Shown here: piece after piece, positions 52,880 through 64,000 of the stretch
How the letters are laid out: every line of letters starts with the position of its first letter
How positions within the stretch are numbered: position 1 is the stretch's first letter
DNA from: Fimbriosthenelais zetlandica
Lineage: Eukaryota
Reading direction: 5' to 3'
Length of the DNA: 64,000 nucleotides
NCBI GenBank assembly: GCA_977030845.1
Contig: OZ365113.1
Span: 26,226,001 to 26,290,000, forward strand
Translations under genes and position numbers: made by a program
The notes under the pieces: generated by a model
The model's input: only the letters and a program-made list of their open reading frames with translations
Told to the model about the DNA's origin: nothing
Database searches by the model: none

Positions 52880-53075
52880 TAGCTCCATTGGGATTATTTT
52901 GCTTGCGAGTGTTGGGATTTTGTTGCAGCTAGCCCTTGCGTATGTCTAAACCCCCATAGCTGCATGCCACACCACTCGCAGATAGAGCAAAATATAGGCA
53001 CCCTTCAATAATAGCCACTCCCTGCTAGGACCGATACACTTCCGGCAGTTGTGGCAGAAAATCTAATGGAGCTAA
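52880..53075. mobile_element. MITE family E (further partial copies near 27925-28005, 35030-35090, 56455-56565, 59040-59212)
   Basis: tagctccattggg...gcgagtgttgggattttgttgcagctagccc...aaaatctaatggagcta. Confidence 0.7.
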
Positions 53076-54860
53076 ACACACTCGAAACATTCGTCCACAA
53101 CTTGCAACTTATTTTGCTACGTAAATATAAGATCGTAAAAACAATGTGTAGGCAGTGTATCACATCAGTGGGGGACGGACTTAAAATGTATCAGAACACA
53201 GATATATTGGTATTCTCATCCTAATGATTTATGAAACATATTGTCTAAGAAAAGAAATGCTTTTCATCTCTATCCCAAGTGGTCCCATGTACAAAGTGGT
53301 GGTAATCGGGGCAGGGTCAAAAGCAGGCCGTTTAGCATAGGTTTACAGCTTATATGCATGCATGCATGCAGAGAGGCAATAGGTTGATATTTATTTCATA
53401 AATAATTAATGTTATTGATAATATTCCCGATGCTATTAACATCAGGATCATGAGTTCAGTCTGTTGGTAGATATTCTATTCTATATAATATTGACATATA
53501 TCATATGAAGAAATGCTAATGATTTGGATTTATATGGCAAAAAGCTGCGAAGCTGCTAATTGGAGTTTTCTTGTGTGAAGTTGTGTGATGTTGAATCAAT
53601 GAGGTTATTACTAAACATTGTCTTTGATATTGTTTTACCCTTCCACCTGCCAGAATTTGGGCAGGTGAAAGTTTACTTAATAAAAAATTACAGTACTTAA
53701 GTACGGCGAGAGGAGGGGGAGGGGGGCGGGGAACGGGGGCAGGGAGTGTTGCACCAACAGAAAAGAGATGAATTGGTGGAGATTTTTCATTTTTCATCGC
53801 TGTCAGAGCCTTCATGTCAGTCAATATTTATACACACACAATATAGAGCACCGTAAGATTAGTCCGTGGATTGACCCGTCTCTGTAGCTGGGCCTCCCGC
53901 GGGCATTACAATCAATAAAGTGGGTGGATGAAATCATGGACCATGGAGGGCCGTCACGCCATGGAGGGGTGGTAGAACATGGGGGGATATGCTCTGTCAC
54001 CTCCAACTATACAAAGAAACCAGCACGCAAATGCTCGGCTCCTTTTAATGGAAATACTGAAGCCGGCAGTCTATATATATGCCTACAGCTTAAGACTGCA
54101 TCCTGGGTCTATTTTCTTTTTTAAATATGGATTTCTCAATGTGGAAAATTCTATTGGAATGATAGGTGCGATTATAGTCTGAGGTATAATAGAGGATTAT
54201 TTTTGAAAAAGTTTTCTCCTTAAGACCTTCTATGGATAGAAGATTTGTTTTCATTTTCATCCAAGATGGTGCATTTTTTTTGTGTAATTACACAAAATCT
54301 GAAATGAGAAATACCGTATAGGTATAGACTTACCATCAGTTGCTTTTCCGTGAATATAGTATGTACTTTGGGAACAAGACTACCTGCTCAACACAGCCTG
54401 TGTTTCTTCATATTTCGTCCTGACAAATATATGAATATTTTCGTTTAAAAACAAAAGATTTAATAATGTCATAATTATACATTTTCTAAGATAACCTTAC
54501 CAGTCTACAAATACAATATAATTCACAAACCATTTGCATCAGAAGTAAAATCCCAAAGGTCATTTTTCAGGTAATACCATATATATTAGTGTGAAAATAG
54601 GAAATGTTTAGAACCTTTGCAAAGCAATTCCGGAGGGAGAAATTGATGGTATAGAAAGTCTAAAGGTCATGACCTATGGAGAAGCACAGGAGACATATAT
54701 GGCAGCGGCAGCATCTAGCCAAGTTAATGACGTTGACATTTGAAGCTCGGCAAATGCATAACTTTATGCATTGTGCTAAGCTTCTCTCCACTTTCTCTGA
54801 CTAGGAAAACTGTTGAAAAGAAAGTGCAGGCCTTGAAAGGTGTATCTGCCCCTACTTCCT

Positions 54861-54924
54861 AATGTTTGATAATATTTAGCAAGAATAAAATAATGTTTGA
54901 TAATACTTTAGCAAGAATAATGTT
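54861..54924. repeat. ~31 bp tandem duplication
   Basis: aatgtttgataata(c)tttagcaagaataa occurs twice. Confidence 0.8.
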
Positions 54925-55599
54925 ATAAGAGTTGTTACACGTCAATGTATTGAAGAAGGTCAATTTGACTGGTGGGCTTTTGATTTGACGATCGTTACTC
55001 TATACGAGGTCGAATTAACCATCGCCAACCATGACACACACTCGCGAAACTCTCACCAATCCTAAAATACCTTGTATACTTTTTTGACATTCAGGTATTG
55101 AGAAAAAAGACAGCTCTTTCAATGCACATGGGCAACAGGCAACTCCACATTAATTAGATATTTACTTATACATTGTATTTGCTATCGAATGCTGCTGAAT
55201 TTTCTTGCAGCATTCTATATGAAGTCCCGACCCTTTGTACACTCGCAACAAGCACAATTTTCGCAAGCAGTGAACGCCAGAGTGGAGTAGGCATAACAAT
55301 GCAGCATGACAACAATTCCACATCATTACCAACAATTGTTCAGAGAAAAAAGCCGAAAGTTACTGCTGCAATCTCAATGAAAATTGTACCACTGAAGGAC
55401 GGTCTAAGATGTGTAAAATCTGACCACAATTTGTGAATGTAACCAGCCTTCGAGAAAAATATAGCAAACCTCAAAATTATTTGCTTAATTGTTTTATAAT
55501 TATCTCAGGTAGAATCTAAATTATAGAGTATAGACTAGAGCGTTTTGCTTTGTACAATAATGACCAAAACCATGCGGCCACGAGTACCAGCATGGCTGA

Positions 55600-56000
55600 G
55601 GATACACAAGGGGTCACGTGTTACAGAACAAAGGCCACGCGGGTGGTAGTCACATGACTGATGACGACATAACCCCCCGCGAGACTAGCAGGCTTCCCCA
55701 CGTGACAATGTCCAGGCCTGAGCAATTGATGTGTTTGGTCAGTATGGGATCGAACAGGCGGAAGATGAGAAAGGCCAGCCCTCCCTGCACCACCTTCACA
55801 TGGCAGGGTGGTGCGGGCATCCAAGGGGGCCGCACGCTCTCCACAGCGCCAATAGCGGCGGCAAAATGAAATAAAAGCCGGGCCAATGAACTCTGGGGAT
55901 CAAAGATCCGGCTATTAATTCCAGGCACAATAACTTGTTCTTGTGGCATACCGAAGAAGAGATGGACTGAACAGAAAAAAGGTGCACGTGTGGTGCTTTT
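55600..56000. promoter_or_regulatory. CpG-rich patch with three CACGTG E-boxes
   Basis: CACGTG at 55615-55620, 55699-55704 and 55985-55990, plus CACATG sites. Function is inferred only. Confidence 0.3.
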
Positions 56001-57025
56001 TAGCACAGGGATCGACCAAACTGTCATTTCTTGCCTGGTTTAAATCCAGACCTATATTGTATTGATCGGTGGGTTTGTATATTCACATGTTTGCCTTGTC
56101 AATAGTCGAGGGAGGTGTGATTGAGGAAGGAACGAAAAATATAGAAATGAGGGAGAATTGGTGTCTGATTGAGAAGAGCGTGTATTAACAGTGGAATGAG
56201 ATATTTATCAGCAATTTGTCAGCAATATCATGATGAACAGGAAAAAAGTATTCATTCTCAAACGGCAACAATTGTTCCTTTATAATTATACCTCTTACCA
56301 CAGTGGGCCACAGCTGGCCTACGATATCTCAGTTAGCAGCACTGGGTGGAGAAATTAATACAATGTCAAGTTTGATGTGGCAGATGCCAGGCCCGGATTG
56401 ACAATCATCAAACCATTGATAGGCATCGCACTTTAGTTTACGTTTTTCTTTCATTTCACTTGCAAGTCTTGCGATTATTGCGAGTGTGTAAGAACCTACC
56501 AACATACCGCATGTAGAAGAATTGTAGTACCCGCAAGACATAAAATCTAATGGAGCTATACCCCATTAGCGGAGCGGGGAGATATAGGACATGGGTAGAG
56601 ATTAAGGTTGATGTTAGTAGAACTGTCTGCAACATTTCAACGCCCCAGCTTGGTCATGAATTTGAGTAGCATACCGCGAGGTCATTAAACGTGCACTAAA
56701 AGAACACCCACTCCGAACCGGGCTTCTTAACTAGTGATCAGCATTATAAAAGCGACTATTTCATTATGTTAGAAAGTGTGTCATTGTAAAATACGACAAG
56801 AAGCGTGAGATGCCACAAAATATTTTGTTTCTTCGAAAGGAATTTACAAAGGTTTCTTTAGAAAGGAATACTATTTAAACGGAACATTATTTCCTCATGC
56901 AACAACAAGCTATATATTGCATCATATCTAGGAGTCAAAAATCTCATTAAAAATGTTTTATATCACAGAAAATAAGGAGATGGATTGATATAACGTTTGC
57001 CAATTCGCAGACAAATTGAGTACAA

Positions 57026-57241
57026 AGTCGGGACTCCACTGCTGTCATTTTGCTTGCGACACATCTGCGACAAAGGTGATGCTTGTGTTTCAATGATAAA
57101 TTTACCATTGGAGGACGGCCTTAAGGCCTTAATTAAGACACTTGAATCACAATTTATAAATTTTATTCTTACACAACTTCACAAGCATCACCTTTGTCGC
57201 AGACGTGTCGCAAGCAAAATCGCAGCAGTGGAGTCCCGGCT
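57026..57241. mobile_element. MITE family D
   Basis: Same long TIRs as 32603-32813; flanks are CAA and TAA. Confidence 0.85.
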
Positions 57242-57697
57242 TAATTCGTCTATTCGTCTCCATGGACAGTCATTTCCCCCTTTGTTCTTTAATCTCCTTG
57301 CCATCTTATCCCCCAGTTTCACATGTTAAGAGAGTTTGTATGTTGAGAAGCCATCATCACCAGGCAGTAGTAGTCGGTGTATAGAGGGAGAGAGGGGGTT
57401 TTTAGCGATGAATAGCTGATGAGTTGTTTGTTTGGGTGGATAGCTTTCGGCACTCAGGAAGAATAGAACCATCAAGTTGCCTGTGTGGATGTTTTGTGCA
57501 TTTTTAGCCTCAATTATTCAGACTGTCATCAATCACTGGGTTTTATTCTGCCTGGAGGGGTAATTCATTGGCGGGCCTCGAGTATCGCTAACCACATACA
57601 CAGAACTCTACAGCAATGTTGGTGTAACCAGAACTAGGGTAAAGGGGACGACAATGTTATAAGGTTGGAGTTAACTTCAAGGCCAAAGGGCGACTTA

Positions 57698-57898
57698 AGC
57701 CTTTATCCCATTCTCCAATCCGTCGCCATCTGAACCTCCATTTCTAAAGGCATCTAATGATTGAAATTTTGTCAGAGGTTAGTCTTACCTAGGTGTAATT
57801 GTCTGCTCGAATTACAAGCATTTAGTGTGAATAGAAATATAGTTCGGACAGCTATCGGATGGATCCGGATGGGGAATCGGATCAGTGTATTCCAGGCT
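57698..57898. mobile_element. MITE family C, opposite orientation
   Basis: TTA|AGCC (left TIR partly deleted)...aatcggatcagtgtattccaggct|TTA; TTA duplication on both sides. Confidence 0.8.
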
Positions 57899-58480
57899 TT
57901 ACAAGGGATCAAGGCTAGATGCCTAGAGGACGACAATGCATACATTGAAGTTTTTAATTGTTAATGAGGGAGGAACAAATACTGGGTTATCAAAGGCCAG
58001 CCATGATTCACAGTGAGAAGGTGTTCAAGAACAGTATAGGGCATTGATTGAGTGTTTCATTCTCGTCTTGAGACAGCTCAAAAATTGCTGCTAATTACTT
58101 AAACAAAATACTCACTCACTCAGATAATCACTACCACTAATGTATGTAACTTAGACTTAGGTGCCCAGAATATATATTCTGCACTGCAATATCATGCATT
58201 GGTCCATCTTTCTTTCCTGATTGCTACAAAGAGACAAAAGGACATTTGGGGCGACAAAGCTTGCTTCTTACTGGATGATAAATAGATTTCGAACGCAATG
58301 AGAAATATATATGTGCAGTGCTCTGACCATATCCGATCACCCTTAGACCAAGGTTCCACCGCCTTACCCGAACACCCCTTTAAACCGAACATGTTTGACT
58401 GGTCCCATTTTCCTTTTATATGTTTATATAGAGACCTTATATGGAGTCGCATTAGTGGAGTAGCACTGTACATTGTATAA

Positions 58481-58681
58481 AGCTGGGACTCCACTGCTGC
58501 GATTTTGCTTGCGACACTCCTGTGATAAAGGGATGCTTGTGTCGCAGAAAATTCATAAATTGTGTTTGAAGGGTGCAAGGCTTTAAGGCCGTTTTCCAGT
58601 AGTAGATTTTTTATTGCGACACAAGCATCACCTTTGTCGCAGCAGTGTCGCAAGCAAAATCGCAGCAGTGGAGTCACGGCT
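58481..58681. mobile_element. MITE family D
   Basis: TAA|AGCTGGGACTCCACTGCTGCGATTTTGCTTGCGACAC...GCAGCAGTGGAGTCACGGCT|TAA. Confidence 0.85.
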
Positions 58682-59236
58682 TAACTCACAATTCCGAGAC
58701 ACTTCAAAACAAGATTCACAATTTACTCAGAACTGCTTATTAGATCAAAGATTCTAGCCTCCCCAGACATATTTATTACAGGGAAAATCTCCTCCACTAT
58801 AGCCCGTATTTTTTGCCTTTAGTATATATATCCACCATCCTGCACCTCATGGTAGATATCGTGTCATGGGGCGATTTGTTTGACATCATTTTGTGGAGGA
58901 CCCCAGGCATTGCCATTTCACAAGTCTGTGATAACATCAGGGGCCAACTTTTCAGATCTCATTCTCGTGATTGGTCTGACAAAGCTGTCTCGTGCTCCCA
59001 GCTGGCCAGCTGCTGCCGCAAGGTGGCCCCACACGACAGAATGGGTTACTTTTTCCTTGCGATTTGTGGCTTACCTTTCCATGGTCTACACTGCTACATT
59101 AGATACTGCCACACCACTTGCAAATAGAGCACAATATATATTAAGCACTCCTCAGAAAAAGCTAGCCCCTGCTAGTGCAGTTACATTTGGCAAATGCATC
59201 AGAAAATCCTGCTCCCCCAGGCCAACTGGGAGGGGA

Positions 59237-59530
59237 GGGGAGTTAGCTCAGTTGGTTAGAGCGCCAGCTCACAAAGGGAGGTTGACCAATGATCGAAGGG
59301 TCGGCGGTTCAAACCCCCGAGCTGCCCAAGGCATTTCTAATGCCTCCCTCCTCACTGTTGTACATATGTTCTAGAGCACATGCACATGGAAATATCCATT
59401 GCACAGAAGGCAATGTAGTAATGCACATAGAAAGAGCCCCCAGCTGAAAATCATATGAGAAACTTGTGTAATCAAGAGTGTGAGCTGGTATTCACCCATA
59501 ACAGGCTCTATAAAAATTCTAACTAAAAAA
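59237..59530 (+). mobile_element. tRNA-derived SINE family A, full-length copy
   Basis: Head GGGGAGTTAGCTCAGTTGGTTAGAGC (Pol III A box) and GGTTCAAACCC (B box), a ~200 bp body, and an end CTATAAAAATTCTAACTAAAAAAA. The same sequence recurs inverted at 3.3, 24.1 and 39.7 kb. Confidence 0.85.
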
Positions 59531-61061
59531 AGAAGCATTTTCACTGGCATTTGATGTGCGTCTAGTAATTTAGACTACAGAGATATGACTGTTGTTCTGA
59601 TACAAAAGCTATGAACATGCGTTTGCGTTTTTGGTCGCATGTGTTGGTCAACTGGCCTTGTATACGAACAGCCTGACGTACCTGGCGTCCCAATTCTGGT
59701 TACAGACGCTTCCAGTGTGGGGCTAACTTAAGACAGTGACTGCTGGGCTTGATGTATGAGTGCCAAAATGAACAGGTATGGGTCAGTGGCACTCTTACGA
59801 TAAGGACCATTGCCGTATCACTGAATGAAGCATTTGTGACATTTAGTCCTATTTTTCACTGTTATCCCTGGCGACAAGCTTTCAATCGGGCTGGCCACAC
59901 TGCTCTTGCCTGGATCCATCATTTTATTTTCTGACGTGTCACTCATATCCTGGGTGATAATAGGGGTAAATTGCCATACTGTTTTGCAGGGCCTGATCAG
60001 TTGGATGCAGAGCCTTTTGGATACAGTTGCTTGTGGAATCATATCAAGTTGTAATTACTGAACGTTCAGCAATATTACGTTATTAAAATAATTGCTAACA
60101 AAGAGAATATAATTGAGGATTTAGTTATCAAGGGGTCAGACCGCCCCCCCCCCCTAAATCCGCGCCTGATAATAGTATTGCACCCACCAATCACCAGAAA
60201 TACCCTTATATAGCAGCACAATGTCCAATAATCCCCCTTATAGGCTTTGCCTCCAACTTAGCCTTATTCGCTGGCAATCGAGCCAAGAGGAAATGTTTCA
60301 TCGGCAGACTAGCTGACGGAAATACCTTCCACTCACCGCCGAACCTCTTTGATAGGCTTTACTACATGTGTGGTGAGGTGGGGAAGAGGTGGGAGAGGGA
60401 GGGGGAGTTGGGTGAGGTGGGGGGTGGGAGGGACTTGGGTCAGGCCTGTTTAGTGCAAGCCTGGACAGCTGCTACGGCTTTACCAACAATGGACATTAGG
60501 ACCTAACCGACTGGAAAGGTCCGTAATGCCCTCAGCTCCACGCCGCCAAAATGGATTCAGTAACCGGGCTGAGGGCATTTTAGAGCCGGGAGACATGGAT
60601 AGGTCAATGGTGGTGTCTCTTTCCATTCTTCTCAGGCTCAAAGTGGTCAATACATCATTTAATGATCAAGGCATATTATAGAAGTGACCTCGTGTTTGAT
60701 TTTAATTAATACTTTTTAGATAAGGGGCATATTTCCTTTGGGCTTTCGAATCCAAACAAACAAAATTAGTAATCTTTCTACATTATTTTATATATACTAG
60801 GCCTAAATTAACTCTTACTCAATAGGTCGAGACTATTCAGGCATGTATGTATAGGCGTATTATATAGGTAGGCTATGGGTAACACTTTATGGTGGTCTCC
60901 TCTCGCCCTATGCTGATATGTGGGCAGATAATGTCAGAGAGCACATGCCCATGTATATCAGACACCAAGAACCTGTTTCAAAAAGAATATTATTGCCCAT
61001 AGACTTACGGACGCACTACACTCTGTCCTCAAATTGTTCACATTTCATTGGGACACAACCA

Positions 61062-61140
61062 TCACCTTTGTCGCAGTCGTGTCGCACGCTAAATTACACT
61101 AATGCCCATGTTTTTGCATTGCCTACCAGGACTGGAGTAA
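61062..61140. mobile_element. MITE family D fragment
   Basis: cacaaccatcacctttgtcgcagtcgtgtcgca matches the inner part of the right TIR. Confidence 0.5.
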
Positions 61141-61755
61141 CATATATATGCCTTGAGGGTACTGCAATTTTTCATTGAGGTTTTTTAGTCGTGCCGCGCG
61201 AATGGTGGTCCCTTGCAAAACCTTCCTACAAGACTCATAAAACAATTTGGGCCTTGCTTCATTTGTGGTTGATAATTTGCAATGCAATGCATGGCAGCAA
61301 AGAAAAGCAGCAACCGCAAGTGACACATCTACCATAGAAAGGTCAGTCACTTGCAAAATGGCAACGCACTACACAAGCCTGCATCACAAGATGTTCCTGC
61401 AAAGACTTTTGATACATTCCCACATTTGAATTTGGTAAAACAAAAAAATCCAGTGGATCTACTCGTTACTTTTGAAACGGGCCCCAGTATACTTCATGGA
61501 TTGGCTGGCCATCCATCAATACCTCCTGACGTCCAGAGGCCAGACCAGGGTCATGGTGAGGGAGTGAGAAGGTCCTGGGTCAGTGTCTGAGGGGTGGGCT
61601 CCATCATACATCAAAACAAGTATACTGTCAGGCGGGTCAGGAACAACCATATCATTAATGATCCGCTCTCTGTATGTGGGGGACGATTTGAGCCAGCACT
61701 GTGCATGGCCTTTGGAATCTACACATGGTTTTAGAAGATTTGGTAATAACAGTTT

Positions 61756-62000
61756 CAGGGGTGGATCCGGAGGGGGATCGAGGTCTTTTTCTCACTTTTT
61801 TTTTCTGTTCTAATAGTAATATTTTTTATCTTTTCTTGAATGGGAGGTGGATGGGTGGGAGTGGTTGAAATCCTAGCTATACAGTATCTACTCATTCAGA
61901 GATTAAATTGTTCGTTATAATAGTATCATCTTTTGGACCCCGCTCCCCTCACCCACTCTTCATAGGGCCGTACCCTTCCAAAATCATGGATCCGCCCCTG
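61756..62000. mobile_element. hAT-like MITE
   Basis: CAGGGGTGGATCC...GGATCCGCCCCTG termini, a type common in hAT non-autonomous elements; no 8 bp TSD seen. A similar 3' end (cccccccctaaatccgcgcctg) lies at about 60145-60168. Confidence 0.6.
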
Positions 62001-62489
62001 TGTTTGGGGCAAAAGAATGGGGTGATGTAATTAAATGTCCCCATGTATTAACCTACATGTTCGTGGATTTAGAGGTATCTAGAGCTCTACACAGTGGCAG
62101 TATATAGTAACGATACACAGTAATGCATGGCTGTAATAATGCACTAGATACCACTGTACTTTCATTTATATTCATTGCTCCTAAGCTGTCAGAAACTTTT
62201 TAATAAACATTTGTATTGACATGCCATACTCAATTGCATAAGTGGAGGATTATGGTTTGGGACAGAGGATTGTAGGGGGAATCCATGTAGTGGTATGGTT
62301 CAGCTATATGGTGTCAATGTATAGACCCATATAGCATGAATGGAGAGAAGTATGGTATATGAGTGAGTGAGAGAGCTAGAGAAATGGCCAAGTTCAATCA
62401 GCAATGCTTCAGCAATTCCAAAGGAACAAGTAAGAAACACTCTATCGGCACACAACAATCGTCTCTTCTTGAGCGGCAGCAATTGTTCC

Positions 62490-62592
62490 TTTACATGCCC
62501 CTTACATCAGGCAGTTGGAGACATATGGCTGGCCTTTGATATCCTAGTTAGCAGCAATGGGAGAAGGTCAATTGCAAATTTGGAGAATGGTT
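62490..62592 (-). mobile_element. SINE family B 3' fragment (further fragments near 41735-41810, 50117-50150, 56290-56350, 57987-58022)
   Basis: cagttggagacatatggctggcctttgatatcctagttagcagca matches the family B tail. Confidence 0.55.
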
Positions 62593-64000
62593 GCGGAATT
62601 CTCCCACACCATACACAAAACAATCCTATACTCTGCATGCGGTACTTCATGTTTTGCAAGAGCACATATATTGTACTGCGATTTTAAATACATTATTAGA
62701 CCTATCAGCTTAAAATGAAGGCACAATGAGAAGTGGGCGAAGAAGGGGAAAATCAACAAGGGTAAAACATGAGAAGATGACAGATGAGGAGATGACAATC
62801 AGACATCCATATTCCATATAAAGTCTGTAATCTGTGACAGGCACCACCTGTTGGACAGATATTGAGTCTCCTCAACCTCACATCTTCCCTTCCTTTGATC
62901 CCGTTCATAACCCCGCGATCGAAACACGATCAATAGTGTACACTCCAGAACCTGGTCAGCTCTGACACTCTGACTGCTGGTGTTCCTTACATACAGTCGA
63001 CCAGTTCAATAGTTATACCGAGGATATTGGTTCCAACTAGCTCCACACGGGAGGCGTGCGACAGCCAAATTGAAACATATATATGCCTGAAATGCAAACA
63101 GACCAGAGGGTTTTAGCAGTCGCGTTCAAGGGACGGGGGACTTTTTTTGGAACGGTGTTTTTTTGTGCACTGCTAACCAAGAGACTGTCAAGTGCAATTA
63201 GATCAATTGAACTCATAGCTTCTACAACACAATTAGAAAATCTTCGTGCACTCGAGGCGGAGTCAAAACATGCGCCTAAATGTCGCTGCTTGGTCGATGC
63301 ATTAATGCATTGAATTTTGGATCAAAGCACTTTGACATTTCGCATGTGTCTGGGGTCTGATTCTGAGATGTCAGACACATCTCAAACGTCAGGACAAGGT
63401 TTCAGTTTGACCCAACAGAATGTGTTTATATCACTCAGAAACTGCAGGTAGCACTGCAAAGTCCCATAGGTGTGCCTGGTCGCCACTCATATGCATGCAT
63501 TTGGCATTACAATGTGGCTATATTGAAATGCATATGAAAAATCTGAATATTCAAACGCTATTGCCTTAGCCATGTAGGCTTATTCAGCTCAAGACGCTTC
63601 AGAAGGAGAAAGGCACGCACGCCTTCAGTGTGTGGCCACCTTTTAAACAGTTCAATAGGTATATCTATAACATTCAAGGAGAAGGGGCCCGCCTGCTATC
63701 ATCTTTCCCAATATCCCAATAATCTAGGTTGAATAACCACAGAATAAACCGAAGCCAGAGGAAAGAAAGTTGAACTCAGTTCAAGTATTGATCATGAGGA
63801 ATACTTCATTGTGGGCGGTCCGGAAATGATCTAGAATTTGATTATTGTTGATGAGAAGAAAAGAGCCTGGTAGCAGATGATTGGTTGGATTATAGAGCTA
63901 ATAGTGTTGAGGGTGTCTAAATTCAATCTTTCTGGCGCTATGGATGAGATCAAAATTTAATTAACAATGCCTTCGGCGTCGTTGGAGTAATTCTAATGGG

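Noticed and set aside
60525-60579. 12 bp inverted repeat aatgccctcagc/gctgagggcatt (also small hairpins at 8542-8567 and 60058-60069)
   Set aside because: Single short inverted repeats without copies or TSDs; I could not assign a function or exclude chance.
61490-61720. Minus-strand YRERIINDMVVP...LMYDGAHP...WP resembling a Tc1 DDE region
   Set aside because: Similarity is only impressionistic, the D-to-WP spacing does not fit, and there is no SPDLNPIE motif. It is worth a blastx but is not supportable.

Overview
Non-prokaryotic, roughly 40% GC draft scaffold with four N gaps. It looks like intergenic or large-intron DNA of an invertebrate animal. I recognised no protein-coding gene and assign no gene symbols. 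Most ORF-track entries come from GA/CT microsatellites, N runs, repeats or chance. The window is dominated by three tRNA-headed SINE families, three multi-copy MITE families whose best copies have TAA/TTA target duplications (PIF/Harbinger, Tourist-like), several single MITEs, minisatellites and long purine tracts. The least explained feature is a ~2.6 kb stop-poor block at 47.1-49.7 kb, where three minus-strand ORFs fall into one frame once a MITE and its TTA duplication are removed. There are also a few isolated exon-like segments with good splice signals and some CpG-rich patches with transcription-factor motifs. No CRISPR array, rRNA or intact tRNA gene is supported, and I found no convincing new system beyond these leads.
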